Assembly: GCF_038025025.1 (NCBI RefSeq)
Contig: NW_027117339.1
Coordinates: 2,480,001-2,544,000 of the forward strand
DNA length: 64,000 nt
Source: Phyllosticta citribraziliensis
Taxonomy: Eukaryota
Direction of reading: 5' to 3'
Numbering within the stretch: position 1 is the first letter of the stretch; every line of letters begins with the position of its first letter. The translations under genes and the position numbers were made by a program. Shown here piece by piece: positions 47,248-59,849 of this stretch. A model generated the notes under the pieces. It was given only the letters and a program-made list of their open reading frames with translations, made no database searches and was not told where the DNA came from.

Positions 47248-50200
47248 ATGTCTGGACATCCGCAGGGAGGCCACTACGACGATGGCTACGGCCATCAGGG
47301 CCAGGACGCCTACTATCACGATGACCAGCAAGGTTACTACGATCAAGGCCACGAATACAATGCCCAGCACGGCGACTCGTATTACGACCAGGACGGCTAT
47401 TATGACCAGAATGGTCACTACGCCGCCCAGGACGGCTACTACGACGACCACGCTCAACAGGGCTACCAAGACGAATACTACAATGATCAATACTATGATC
47501 AACAAGGCCAGGCTGGGTACGAGTTGGTCTCACCGCCCCCCCAATGCGGTTGATTTTTCCCCCTCTGCCATTGTCACTTACTAATATTTGCAGTTACAGT
47601 GGCAGGCCTCGTCGTGCCGATGGCTCCGAGGAGGACTCGGAGACCTTTAGCGACTTCACCATGAGGTCAGACATGGCCCGCGCCGCCGACATGGACTACT
47701 ATGGTCGTGGTGACGCCCGATACGACAGCTACGCCGAAGGCCAGGGAGGCCGCGGCTACAGGCCCCCATCTTCGCAGGTCTCCTATGGTGGAAACCGCAG
47801 CTCGGGCGCCTCCACGCCCATCTACGGCATGGACTACAGCAACGCACTGCCCGCCGGCCAGCGGTCTCGCGAGCCCTACCCCGCCTGGACTTCGGACGCC
47901 CAGATCCCTCTGTCAAAGGAGGAAATTGAAGACATTTTCCTCGATCTGACGGCCAAGTTTGGGTTCCAACGCGACAGCATGCGCAACATGTACGACCACT
48001 TCATGACGCAGCTCGACTCGCGTGCCTCGCGCATGGCCCCCAACCAGGCTCTCCTCTCGCTTCACGCCGACTACATTGGAGGTGACAACGCCAACTACCG
48101 TCGGTGGTATTTTGCCGCCCATCTAGACCTCGACGACGCGGTCGGATTCGCAAACATGAAGCTCGGCAAGCGCAAGACTCGCAAGGCGAAGAAGGCGGCC
48201 AAGAAGCAGGCCTCCCAAGACCCCGGCAACGAGGAGCAGGCCCTGGAGGCATTCGAGGGCGACAACAGTCTCGAAGCCGCCGAGTACCGCTGGAAGAGCA
48301 GAATGAACAAGATGTCTCAGCACGACCGGGTCCGCCAAGTCGCGCTTTACCTCCTCTGCTGGGGTGAGGCCAACCAGGTCCGTTTCATGCCTGAAATTAT
48401 CTGCTTCATCTTCAAGTGCTGCGACGACTACTACAACTCGCCTGCTTGCAAGAACAAGGTTGAGCCCGTCGAGGAATTTACCTACCTCAACAATGTCATC
48501 ACGCCACTCTACACCTTCTGCAGAGACCAGGGTTACGAGGTCCAGGAGGGCAAGTACGTGCGTCGTGAGCGCGACCACGCTCAAATCATTGGTTACGACG
48601 ACATGAACCAGCTTTTCTGGTACCCCGAGGGTATCGAGCGCATTGTTCTCGAGGACAAGTCGCGGCTCGTCGACCTGTCGCCCCCCGAGCGGTACGAGAA
48701 GCTCAAGGAGGTCAACTGGAAGAAGTGCTTTTTCAAGACCTACAAGGAGACTCGCTCGTGGTGGCACATGCTTACCAACTTCAACCGCATCTGGGTCATT
48801 CACTTGACAATCTTCTGGTTCTATACGGCTTTCAACTCTCCGACTCTGTACACGTCCCACTACGAGCAGCAAAGGAACAACAAGCCCAACACTCCTGCTC
48901 AATGGTCTGCCGTCGCTCTCGGTGGTACTCTGGCTTCGCTCATCATGATTGGCGCTACCCTCTGCGAATGGGCCTACGTCCCGCGCAGGTGGGCTGGTGC
49001 TCAGCACTTGACAAAGCGTCTCTTCTTCTTGATCGGTGTCTTTGCGATCAACGTGGCCCCGGCCGTCTACATTTTCGGCGTCAACCAAAAGGGCAAGATC
49101 GCTCTGATTCTCGGTATCGTCCAGTTCCTCATCGCCTTGGCCACGCTCATCTTCTTCTCCATCATGCCCCTCGGCGGCCTCTTTGGAAGTTATTTGCGCA
49201 AGAACTCTCGCCAATACGTCGCGAGTGCCACCTTCACTGCCAGTTACCCTCGTCTTCAGGGCAACGACATGTGGATGTCGTACGGTCTCTGGGTCGTCGT
49301 CTTTGGTGCCAAGCTCTCCGAATCGTACTTTTTCTTGACGCTGTCCTTCAGGGACCCGATTCGCATCCTCTCCACCATGAAGATTAGCAACTGTCTTGGC
49401 GACAAGATCTTCGGAGCCTCGGCCGACGTTCTGTGCAAGAGGCAGCCTCAAATTGTTCTCGGACTCATGTTCTTCACTGACTTGTGTCTGTTCTTCTTGG
49501 ACACCTACCTCTGGTACATCATTTGGAACATGTTGTTCTCGGTTGCCCGCTCCTTCTACCTCGGTATCTCCATCTGGACGCCGTGGAGAAACATCTTCTC
49601 CCGTTTGCCCAAGCGCATCTACTCCAAGGTCCTTGCTACCACGGACATGGAGATCAAGTACAAGCCGAAGGTCTTGATTTCTCAGATCTGGAACGCCATT
49701 GTCATTTCCATGTACAGGGAGCACTTGCTCGCCATCGACCACGTCCAGAAGCTCCTTTACCACCAGGTTCCTTCCGAGCAGGAGGGCAAGAGAACTCTTC
49801 GCGCGCCGACTTTCTTCGTCTCTCAGGAAGATCAGTCGTTCAAGACCGAGTTCTTCCCCGCCCAGAGCGAGGCTGAGCGTCGTATTTCGTTCTTTGCCCA
49901 GTCTCTGTCCACGCCCATCCCCGAACCCCTGCCGGTCGACAACATGCCTACCTTCACCGTCATGATTCCCCACTACGGCGAGAAGATTCTGCTCTCGCTC
50001 AGGGAAATCATTCGCGAGGACGAGCCTTACTCTCGTGTCACTATGCTTGAGTACCTCAAGCAACTCCACCCTCACGAGTGGGACTGCTTCGTTAAGGATA
50101 CCAAGATTCTCGCCGACGAGACCTCTCAATTCAATGGTGATGCGGAGAAGTCTGAGAAGGACACCGCCAAAGCCAAGATTGACGACCTGCCGTTCTACTG

Positions 50201-53130
50201 CATTGGTTTCAAGTCTGCTGCGCCCGAATACACTCTCCGCACCCGTATCTGGGCCTCGCTGCGTTCGCAGACCCTGTACCGCACCATCTCCGGTTTCATG
50301 AACTACAGCCGTGCTATCAAGCTTCTTTACCGTGTCGAGAACCCCGAGGTCGTCCAGATGTTCGGTGGCAACTCTGACAAGCTTGAAAGGGAATTGGAGC
50401 GCATGGCCCGTCGCAAGTACAAGATTGTCGTTTCCATGCAGCGTTATGCCAAGTTCACCAAGGAAGAGCGCGAGAACACCGAGTTCTTGCTCCGCGCATA
50501 CCCCGACCTCCAGATTGCCTATCTCGACGAGGAGCCGCCCGCGAACGAGGGCGAGGATCCCCGCATTTACTCTGCTCTCATCGACGGTCACTCTGAATTG
50601 ATGGAGAACGGCATGCGTCGTCCCAAGTTCCGCATTCAGCTCTCTGGTAACCCCATTCTCGGTGACGGCAAGTCCGACAACCAGAACCACGCCATCGTCT
50701 TCTACCGCGGCGAGTACATTCAGCTCATCGACGCCAACCAGGACAACTACCTCGAGGAGTGCTTGAAGATTCGTTCCGTCTTGGCTGAATTCGAAGAAAT
50801 GACTACCGACAATGTCTCGCCATACACGCCTGGTCTGCCGCCTACCAAGTTTGACCCCGTTGCCATTCTCGGTGCTCGCGAGTACATTTTCTCTGAGAAC
50901 ATTGGTATTCTTGGTGACGTCGCTGCCGGTAAAGAACAGACATTCGGTACCATGTTCGCCCGTACTCTCGCGCAGATTGGCGGTAAGCTTCATTATGGTC
51001 ACCCCGATTTCCTCAACGGTATCTTCATGAACACTCGTGGCGGTGTCTCCAAGGCTCAAAAGGGTCTCCACCTGAACGAGGATATTTACGCCGGTATGAA
51101 CGCTCTTCTCCGTGGTGGCAGGATCAAGCACTGCGAGTACTACCAGTGCGGTAAGGGTCGTGATCTTGGTTTCGGTTCCATTCTCAACTTCACCACCAAG
51201 ATTGGCACGGGTATGGGTGAGCAGATGCTGTCTCGCGAGTATTACTACCTCGGTACCCAACTGCCACTCGACCGCTTCCTGTCCTTCTACTATGCTCATC
51301 CGGGTTTCCACATCAACAACTTGTTCATCATGTTGTCGGTGCAATTCTTCATGTTCACGGTCCTCAACCTCGGCGCCCTCCACCACGAGACGATCATTTG
51401 CAAGTACGACAGCAACAAGCCTATCACCGACCCGCTCTACCCGACTGGCTGCGCCAACTTGGAACCCATCTTCGACTGGGTGACTCGTTGCGTTCTTTCC
51501 ATTTTCATCGTCTTGATCATCGCCTTCATTCCTCTGTTCGTCCAGGAGCTCACCGAGCGTGGTGCCTGGCGTGCGGCCACCCGTCTGGCGAAGCACTTCT
51601 CGTCTCTCTCTCCGCTTTTCGAGGTCTTCGTGTGTCAAATCTACGCCAACGCCTTGTACACCAACTTGTCCTTTGGTGGCGCTCGCTACATCGGTACCGG
51701 TCGTGGTTTCGCAACGGCTCGCATTCCATTCGGCATTCTGTACTCGCGTTTCGCTGGCCCGTCCATCTACCTCGGCGCTAGGTCCTTGATGATGCTGCTC
51801 TTTGCGACCATGACTATTTGGGACGCCTGGTGTATCTACTTCTGGGTCTCCCTGCTCGCTCTCTGCATCTGCCCCTTCCTGTTCAACCCCCACCAGTTCT
51901 CATGGGACGACTTCTTCATCGACTACAGAGAGTTCCTCAGGTGGATGTCTCGCGGCAACACCAGGGCACACAGCGCTTCGTGGATCGGCTACTGCCGTCT
52001 GTCCAGAACTCGTATCACTGGTTTCAAGAGGAAGGCTCTCGGTGACCCATCGGCCAAGCTTTCCGGTGACATCCCTCGGGCTCACCTGACCAACATCATC
52101 TGGAGCGAAATCATTGGCCCGCTCTTCCTCTGCGCCGTCAGCCTGGTTCCTTACCTTTTCATCAACGCGCAGACCGGTGTGACGGATGCCAAGCAAAAGA
52201 CCGACGTCTCGTTCGAGGCTACCAACTCGCTCATCCGTGTCTGCCTGTGTGCTCTGGGCCCTGTGGCCCTGAACGCAGGTGTCGCCGGTGGGTTCTTCGG
52301 TCTTGCTTGCTGCATGGGTCCCGTCCTGAGCATGTGCTGCAAGAAGTTTGGTGCCGTTTTGGCCGCCATTGCCCACGGTATCGCCGTCATTGGCATGGTT
52401 GTCTTTTTCGAGGTCATGTTCTTCCTCGAGGGCTGGAGCTTCGTCAAGGCCCTTGCTGGCCTGATTGCCATGGCTGCCATCCAGCGCTTCGTCTACAAGC
52501 TCATCATCGCGCTCGCGCTCACCCGTGAGTTCAAGGCCGACACTGCCAACATCGCCTGGTGGACCGGCAAGTGGTACGCCATGGGCTGGCACACGCTTTC
52601 CCAGCCCGGTCGTGAATTCCTTTGCAAGATTACCGAGATGGGTATGTTTGCAGGCGACTTCTGCCTGGGCCACTTGCTGCTGTTCGTCATGCTGCCGGCT
52701 CTATGCATTCCGTACATCGACAAGCTGCACTCGATTATGCTTTTCTGGCTCCGCCCAAGGTACGTGATCCCCGCTCAGTTTGCCATGTTTCCAGCTAACA
52801 AGTTGCAGTCGCCAAATCCGTCCTCCCATCTACTCGCTCAAGCAGACCAAGCTGCGCAAGCGTCGTGTGATCCGTTACTCCATCCTTTACTTCCTCCTCC
52901 TTCTCATCTTCGTCCTGCTCATCGCTGGACCTCTGGTCGCCAGCAAGTTCATCAAGTCGCTGCCTACCATCCCATTGCAGCTCATCCAGCCGACTGGTCT
53001 CAACAACAACGACACCAAGGGCACGTCGCAAACCGGTACTGCTGTCGAGAGCGGTGGCGGTGGTGCCGCGACGACTGGCGGCTCTGCAAGCACTGGCGGA
53101 GCGAAGCTCATGTTTGCCAGGGCTTACTAA
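47248..53130 (+). CDS. FKS1: 1,3-beta-glucan synthase catalytic subunit (GT48)
   Basis: Y/D/Q-rich N-terminus, then [81 protein letters not shown] and RQIRPPIYS. Introns at 47523-47593 and about 52760-52808. Confidence 0.98.
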
Positions 53131-53709
53131 AAGTTGAGTCCATGACAGGATTATGGAGGGATGCATTTCTTGACGGCGGAGGCTTTCATTTCCTTCGTCA
53201 CCTTGTACAACACAGTTTCTCAAAGCATGACGCCTGCATCGCCTTGTGCTTTTGACGCGGGCGCTTAATGACTGTAATCTTGCTTTGGCAATGATGCATC
53301 TCCTTGGGTGACCCCGGGGGGGTTTTTTTCGAATCGGATTCACTGGCGGGATAGAAGGCAATCCTCTTAACTTAGGTACGGCTCCTTTTCTCTCTTCTGA
53401 AAGGGCCGCATGGTTTGCACATACAACAATGCAAGCATAGGGAGCAAATGTTTTATGGGTTTTTCAAATAGTAAATGTATGTTTTGGTTGAGTCCAGATT
53501 GATGGTGCGCCGCGACTTGTCGACGACATGTACATTGTGAGCCATCCTTCAGTTGCTGGTGCTGACGCTTCCTTGACCTGCCGTGAGTGCGAAAAAGCCG
53601 GCACGTGACATGGCGATAAGATTCGCGCCGGGCTCCCCTTAGTCGAGATGACCAAAGCTGATGTCGCTCGCCCCGACCCTTCGGCTCCAACGACACCGCG
53701 CATCGCAAC

Positions 53710-55462
53710 ATGGACATTCAAGAATTGCAGCAGTCGGCGCTGGGGCTGATCAACAATGCGACGACGCAATTCCACAAGATTCCCGGCTCGGCCATTGTGC
53801 TGAGGTACATCAAGTCGTCATACCAAGACGACCCGGTTCGTTCGGCGATTGAGCTCTTCCTCTTCTTGTTCGCAGTACGATATCTCCTGGCGCCCAAGTA
53901 TTCGACCCAGAAGCAAAAAGTGGTCTTGACAGAAGAGGTGCGTGTGCCGCCACAGACCGAGTTGTTTGAGCAGGGACTCACGGCAGACGCAGGAGATTGA
54001 CGAGCTTGTCGAGGACTGGACGCCGGAGCCGCTGGTCGCGACGCAGACACCGCTCGAGGCGCTCGAAAACGAGAAGCGACCCATCATCGTGGGGTAAGTC
54101 ACTGTCGCCTACCTGCGCCATGACTTGACGACTGACGGGCGAGCGCTTGCTAGACCGTCGGGCCCCAAGACGAAACTTTCCAACGGCCGCACCGTGACGA
54201 ACCTCGCCTCGTACAACTTTCACAATTTCCTGGGCAATGAGACACTCAAAGACAAGGCCGTCAACGTGCTGCGGACCTACGGCGTGGGGCCATGCGGGCC
54301 GCCGGGCTTCTACGGAACTCAAGATGTGCACATGAAGACTGAGGCCGACATTGCGGCGCACCTGGGGGTGCCGGCATGTATAGTGTATGCGCAGGCCTTT
54401 TCGACCATTTCGAGCGTCATTCCGGCCTTTTCCAAGCGCGGCGACGTCATTGTCGTGGACAAGGCCGTCAACTACGCCATTCGCAAGGGCATCCAGATCA
54501 GCCGCAGCACGGTGCGCTGGTTTGAACACAACGACATGCAGGACTTGGAAAACGTCTTGAAGAGGACGGTCAAGGAGCAGGCGAGGAAGCCGCTGACGCG
54601 GCGTTTCATCATCACCGAGGGCTTATTCGAGCACACGGGCGACATGGCGAACTTGCCAAAGCTGGTAGGACAGACGCAGCAGTGTGCCTGCGATGTGTGG
54701 GCTAATGGGGTGTCATGCAGGTCGAGCTCAAGCTCAAGTACAAATTCCGTCTGATTCTCGACGAGACGTGGTCGTATGGCGTCCTCGGCCGCACCGGCCG
54801 GGGCCTTACCGAAGCGCAAAACGTCGACGCTACCGAAGTTGACATGATCATCGGATCCCTCTCTGGGCCCCTCTGTGCTGGGGGTGGCTTTTGCGCCGGT
54901 TCGGAGGAGGTTGTCGAGCATCAGCGCATTTCTGCTGCAGCGTATACCTTTTCGGCCGCGCTGCCAGCCATCTTGTCCACAACGGCCAGCGAGACGGTCG
55001 CCATTCTCCAGGAAAACCCCGAAGTCCTCGTTCAGCTGCGCGAGAACATCAAGAGCATGCGGGCACAATTGGATCCACGGAGCGATTGGGTGCGTTGCAC
55101 CAGCGTGCCTGAAAACCCAATGATGTTGCTGGTCTTGAAGCCCGAGGTGGTCGAGAAGAGAGGGCTGAGCAGCCAGGATCAAGACTTTTTGCTGCAAGAG
55201 GCCGTTGACGAGGTTTGAATCTCCTGTTGAGGATTGTACGTCCTAGATGGCTGACAAAATGCCGCAGTGTCTTTCCAACGGCGTCCTCGTGACGCGGCTC
55301 AAGGCCATGCCGCTGGCCGTTGGCAGCGAGCGCGAAAGGGGATGGCAGCCGCAGCCAGCACTCAAGGTGTGCGTTACGGCGGGGCTGTCGCGCAAGGAGA
55401 TTGAAAAGGCGGGCGTTGTCATCAGACACGCCATTACAAAGGTCATGACCAAGAAGAGGTGA
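53710..55462 (+). CDS. LCB1: serine palmitoyltransferase subunit 1
   Basis: YIKSSYQDDPVRS..ELFL, EIDELVEDWTPEPLV, NLASYNF, YGVGPCGPPGFYGTQDVH, RRFIITEGLF, KYKFRLILDETWS and YTFSAALP. Four introns. Confidence 0.95.
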
Positions 55463-56418
55463 CGAGCGACGCGAAGAAGACATTGGTTTGTCCCAGGCGC
55501 TGGTGTTTTTGCATTGCAGCATTGTTGACTGCATCCTACCCTCTGTTTCTTCTCTTTGCTTCTCTCTTTGCCATTCAAAGGTAGCGACTTGTAATTATGC
55601 GCAACGAGCAGGCCTACCCATTTGCGATCTGCCAATAGGTCGCCGCTTGTGGTGCCAATATACTGATTATCGAAAATGGGCAGCACGCTACTCGCACCAA
55701 GATCCAGACTGCTAACAGATGGGCAGAGACGATGGCAGAGCAGCGTTCATCCCTGGACGGGAGCAGGGAGGCCGCAGACGCGGACGGCGGAGCGGCGGGC
55801 AAGGCTTGCAGCTTCGCGTGGGTGATGGGCCTCTGGTTCGCAGCGCAGTACAGGGTTGAGGCCGTCTTTCTGCTCGGTGTATCAGACGCGCGGCACCGCT
55901 GCTTCTGCAGAGGGCGACCCGACATGGGTTGCTGTTCTCGTTGATCTTGACGGACGAGTGGTAGGATGTCGAGTTGCTAGCCTTGGGCCGCTGCACTGTC
56001 TGGCGTTGTTGGGTCTGCAGCGCCGGTGACCAAGATGAAGACGCCGAGATGGATCGACTTATTCCTGACTTGGATCTCGGTTCGTGCCCAGGTGCTGCCC
56101 TGTCGCTGTAGGTACTTGTGGTTTAGGAGACCCGAGTGGAGCCCTGCCAGCCATCGCCCCAGCCATCGCATTTTGTCAACACCACTCGGAGAAGCGCGAC
56201 AGACGACGTGCTCGCCAGGACAATGTGCCTGACTTCCGAGAAGGCCGGGGTCGTGGGCAGCTGAGAGGTACAGCCAGGCACAGTACGTGCCGAAGCCCAA
56301 GACGTCACGTCGCGCTGCTTGCTGCCGCTGGCCCCCGGTCGTTGACCTCTTCTTGTCCCCGCGTCTTACTTTTCCTCAAACCTTTGCCTCTCCCTCTCAA
56401 CACCTCTCCCCCTCCTCC

Positions 56419-56743
56419 CCGGTCGTCCGCTTCCTTGCCGGTGCATGCCTCGCCGTACCGCAACCCTAATCCATCCATTGCGCCGTCGACCCGATTCTCG
56501 ACATCCTCCATCCTCCGTCGGCCTTTCTGCACGCCCGCCGCATCTCGAACTTTCATCGACGTACCTGATCCTCCTTGCATGACTGCGCGCCCACCACCGC
56601 ATCCGAAGTCATTGAAGCCCGCCAGAGACCGAAGGCTGGCCGCGCATTTGCAAAAAGTCCTGTTGCACGTCTTCCGCTCTCCGCACCTGGCCGCAGCCCC
56701 ACCACGCTCGCACGCCCAAGACATTGAAGGACTCGAGGACCGG
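56419..56743 (+). ncRNA. candidate telomerase RNA (TER) template/pseudoknot core; full transcript ends unknown
   Basis: AACCCTAA (56462-56469) directly follows the hairpin CGGTGC/GTACCG. U-rich and A-rich pseudoknot-like strands follow. The whole unit is enclosed by pairing of 56419-56436 with 56727-56743, and lies in a 2-kb gap with no credible CDS. No CR4/5 element was identified. Confidence 0.55.
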
Positions 56744-57575
56744 TTGTTGCTGTGTCTCGCCTTGAATCGCTGCTGTGCGACTGACGGGACAACCACAGAC
56801 GAACCAGCAAGGTACCGTACAAGTGCGAATCGTTCGTTGCGTGCACCGCCGCGCTACCGTAGCTTCTGCGCCTCACTGCAGACGGGTTTCCTCGCCCTAC
56901 GACGATTCCAAACCAAACAGCCTGCGTGTGCAGAAACGCTTTATGCACTCACCTTCTTCTCTTCCTCGATTCCTGCTGCAGCGGCTGCGTAACGCGCATA
57001 TCTGATCTCAGCTTATTGTTTCCTGGAGCTATAGGGCAGCTAGCTACCTAGGCTAGTCAAGGTAGCTTGAGCTAGTGCCGCCGCGGCTTGCCTTGCACCC
57101 CCGACACCAAACGAGAGCGAGATAGCTCTCAGCCACCGCGACGACGGCTCTCTTGCGCTCGCGACTCACTGACAGCGCGTGTGCGCGACCGAGCCACGTG
57201 GGCGATTGCGCGCCCTCGAGCGCCGAGACGAACGGACCTGGCGGAAGGAAGAAGAAGCCGTTGAGCAATCCTTTTGCGCGCCGATTCGAGCTCCCACAGC
57301 TTGGACCTCTTGCCGTACCTGTTTAGCCTGGCCGACAGTCGCAACGTTACGACGGCTGCGCAACGGCGTCGACGGGTGCAACGCCAGGAACCGGGCAGGG
57401 CGGATACATACACATACCTGCAAGTAGCCGGCGCGTGCTTGAGATTTTTCCAACAAGCTGCAAACGCGCACTGGCGCAGCAAGAAGAATCGAAGTTCCAA
57501 GAGGTCAGGTGAAAGGGTCTGTCCTGCTTCAGAAAGTTGTACAAGGTTATAGGAGAGTTGAAGCGATAAGACAAT

Positions 57576-58363
57576 ATGGCACGCTCAGTGGTCCGGCGCG
57601 CCGTCGTGGTGCGCGAAAAGTACTACTGGCCCAACTTCCAACTGGCCTTTTGGACCATCATCATGCTGGCGACGGCAGGCGTCATTCTAGGCATCTTTGC
57701 CGAATTCATCCGCATACAGAACCAGTTGGGCGTGGGGATACCATGGTAAGCAAGCAATCAGGACCTCTCGCGCAGCAGCAGTACCACGCGCTTTCGTTGC
57801 GTTGCGCCTTGGGTGCGAACAACGCTGACGGCAGGATCAATAGGCTCTTCCCGTTCGGGGTAACGGTGGGCGCGCTGCTCTACGTGTTCTTGATCCTCGA
57901 GATCCTGCTCATCATCGGGCGGCGGCTGGTGCCGGGCATCATGATCCTGGGCTCCATCATCCTGCTCGTCCTCTTCATCACGGGCGCCATCGACACGGGC
58001 ATACAGCTGTTTGGCAACGACGCCAACGTCAGTGGCAACTGCGATCGCTTTGTCGACAATGACGAGCAGCGCGGCATCAGCGTCAATACGCTGGCCTGGT
58101 TGGAGCAGGATAGTATTTGTGAGTGCTCCCCTTCCCCCTTCTTTTGCTCCCTTTTGGCTTGTTTGATCTTCCTGGTCGAGGCCAGAAACAGGCCATGCGT
58201 TCGCCATCCTTCCCTCGGGACAACCAGCTAACGACGCGGCGCGCGATCAACAGGCAGCAGCTGGGATGCGGCCTTTGCGTTCTGGGTCATCGGCTCCGTC
58301 TTCTTCGTCTACATGATCATCATGGCGAGCATGGTCAACCGCAACCAGTACGTGTACAGCTAA
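57576..58363 (+). CDS. small four-TM (MARVEL-like) membrane protein
   Basis: Three exons splice to MARSVVRRAVVVREKYYWPNFQLAFWTIIMLATAGVILGIFAEFIRIQNQLGVGIPW/LFPFGVTVG...LAWLEQDSI/CSSWDAAFAFWVIGSVFFVYMIIMASMVNRNQYVYS*. Four hydrophobic segments. Confidence 0.8.
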
Positions 58364-59822
58364 GTACAACAAAGCGTGCCACCGATGAAGCACATCGGTC
58401 GGTCAGGGGTCAATGTGGTGCCTTGATACTATCACAACAAATGCTGAAGCGCACTTGTTCGCAATCCAATCTTCGACCAGAGAGAGAGAGAGAGCGTAGC
58501 CATCTTCTCCGCAGCATTCGACATCTCCACCCTCATACACACACACCCGTCGCTCGACGCTCTTCTCCACCACCCACTCTCTCTCCCAGCACCACCTCTC
58601 AGCCTCATACATACATACACACATCAACGGCGACCCAACCCATCACTTTTCGCCTCCTCTCCTCTCACCCCTCGCCAACCTCTCCATCATCTATCTCCTT
58701 TCCTGTCTTTCCCGTCCATACGCACAATCTTCATTTGCATCCTCGATAATCTGGCTTTAATGGGGGAGGGGTTTTGTTTCTTGCATCGATATTTCCTCGC
58801 AGTGTGTACATGGTGGTTGAGAAATAGGAGAAATAGGAGGAAGAGGAGGTGGAGAGATGGATGGGCAAGGATGGGCAACGCTTCGGTTCGATTCGCTGGT
58901 CCGAGAGGAGGTGGTTTTGCTCTTGACTGCTTCGCACTGTGACCGCTGGGCTCCTGCGCCAGACAGGCTTTGGCTGAGTGAGTAACTGGACAGCTGAAGC
59001 CGGCGAGGTTGCGGCGGCGGAGGTGGTGGTGGTTTAGTTGTCCTCCTCGTTGTACGATTGCTCTTTTTCGATATGAGAGAGGCAGAGAAAGAAAGAGGAC
59101 CGTATCATCCCATATCTCCTTGGCCGAGCACTTGATACCACTTTCCTTCCCTTTTCCTTCGTTGTGTCTAGTTAAATATGTAGTCAGGTAGGTAGCTAGC
59201 TAGCTAGCTATTCACCTATATTTCTTCACCACTCTCCTGGGCTTGCTCCGTCTCTGTTTTGTCGCAGTCTGCCTTCCCCCTCGGCGATCTATCGACGCCG
59301 TCTTGTCTCTGAATCCGTCGGCGGCCCTACGTCTTCTGCTCTTTTCCTTCTCGGTCGCGTACATGCCTGCTTCCCTTACCTTCTCACTTTCCCCCTTCGC
59401 ATCCACTCACACTCACACTCCACGGCCAACAGACATCTGCGCGCATATCCCATATCCCACATCTCAACTCGTCAGACTAAAGACACAAATCGAATCCCTT
59501 TTTTCAGTCGGAAAACTCTCAATGTGACGAAACGAGGCCATCGTGACAATCGACGATCATGTGCCACATCCCCCCCACCACACTTTCTCACCCATCGCGT
59601 CTCCTTTTGCCTCCCGCTCCCCGGCTGTCGTCACTTTCCTTTGCGGCAACGAGCTTGAATCGAGCAATAGTCTAGCCTGTTACAAGACGACCGCCTACCT
59701 CTGGCAAGGAAGCCTTGACCGCGTCCCGCTTCCGTATCTTTGAAAGTTCCTTTGGGGGAAAAAGAAGGTGCAGTGTGTGATGGACCTCGCAACACGCAGC
59801 CTGCGCGATGGAAATCTTTCCA

Positions 59823-59849
59823 CAGACAGACAGACAGACAGACAGACAG
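59823..59849. repeat. (CAGA)n microsatellite
   Basis: Read directly from the sequence. Confidence 0.85.

Noticed and set aside
49320..49530. Possible intrinsic echinocandin-resistance substitutions in FKS1 hot spots
   Set aside because: Hot spot 1 reads FLTLSFRDP, the Trp in YLWYII is retained, and hot spot 2 reads DWVTRCVL. These look like susceptible-type residues.
48123..51893. 1256-aa ORF on the - strand
   Set aside because: Antisense shadow of FKS1. Strong C/G-ending codon bias removes stops on the opposite strand, and the protein has no recognisable motifs.
56084..56992. 302-aa ORF over the TER candidate
   Set aside because: Non-ATG start, Pro/Arg/Ser-rich composition typical of GC-rich non-coding DNA, and no motif.
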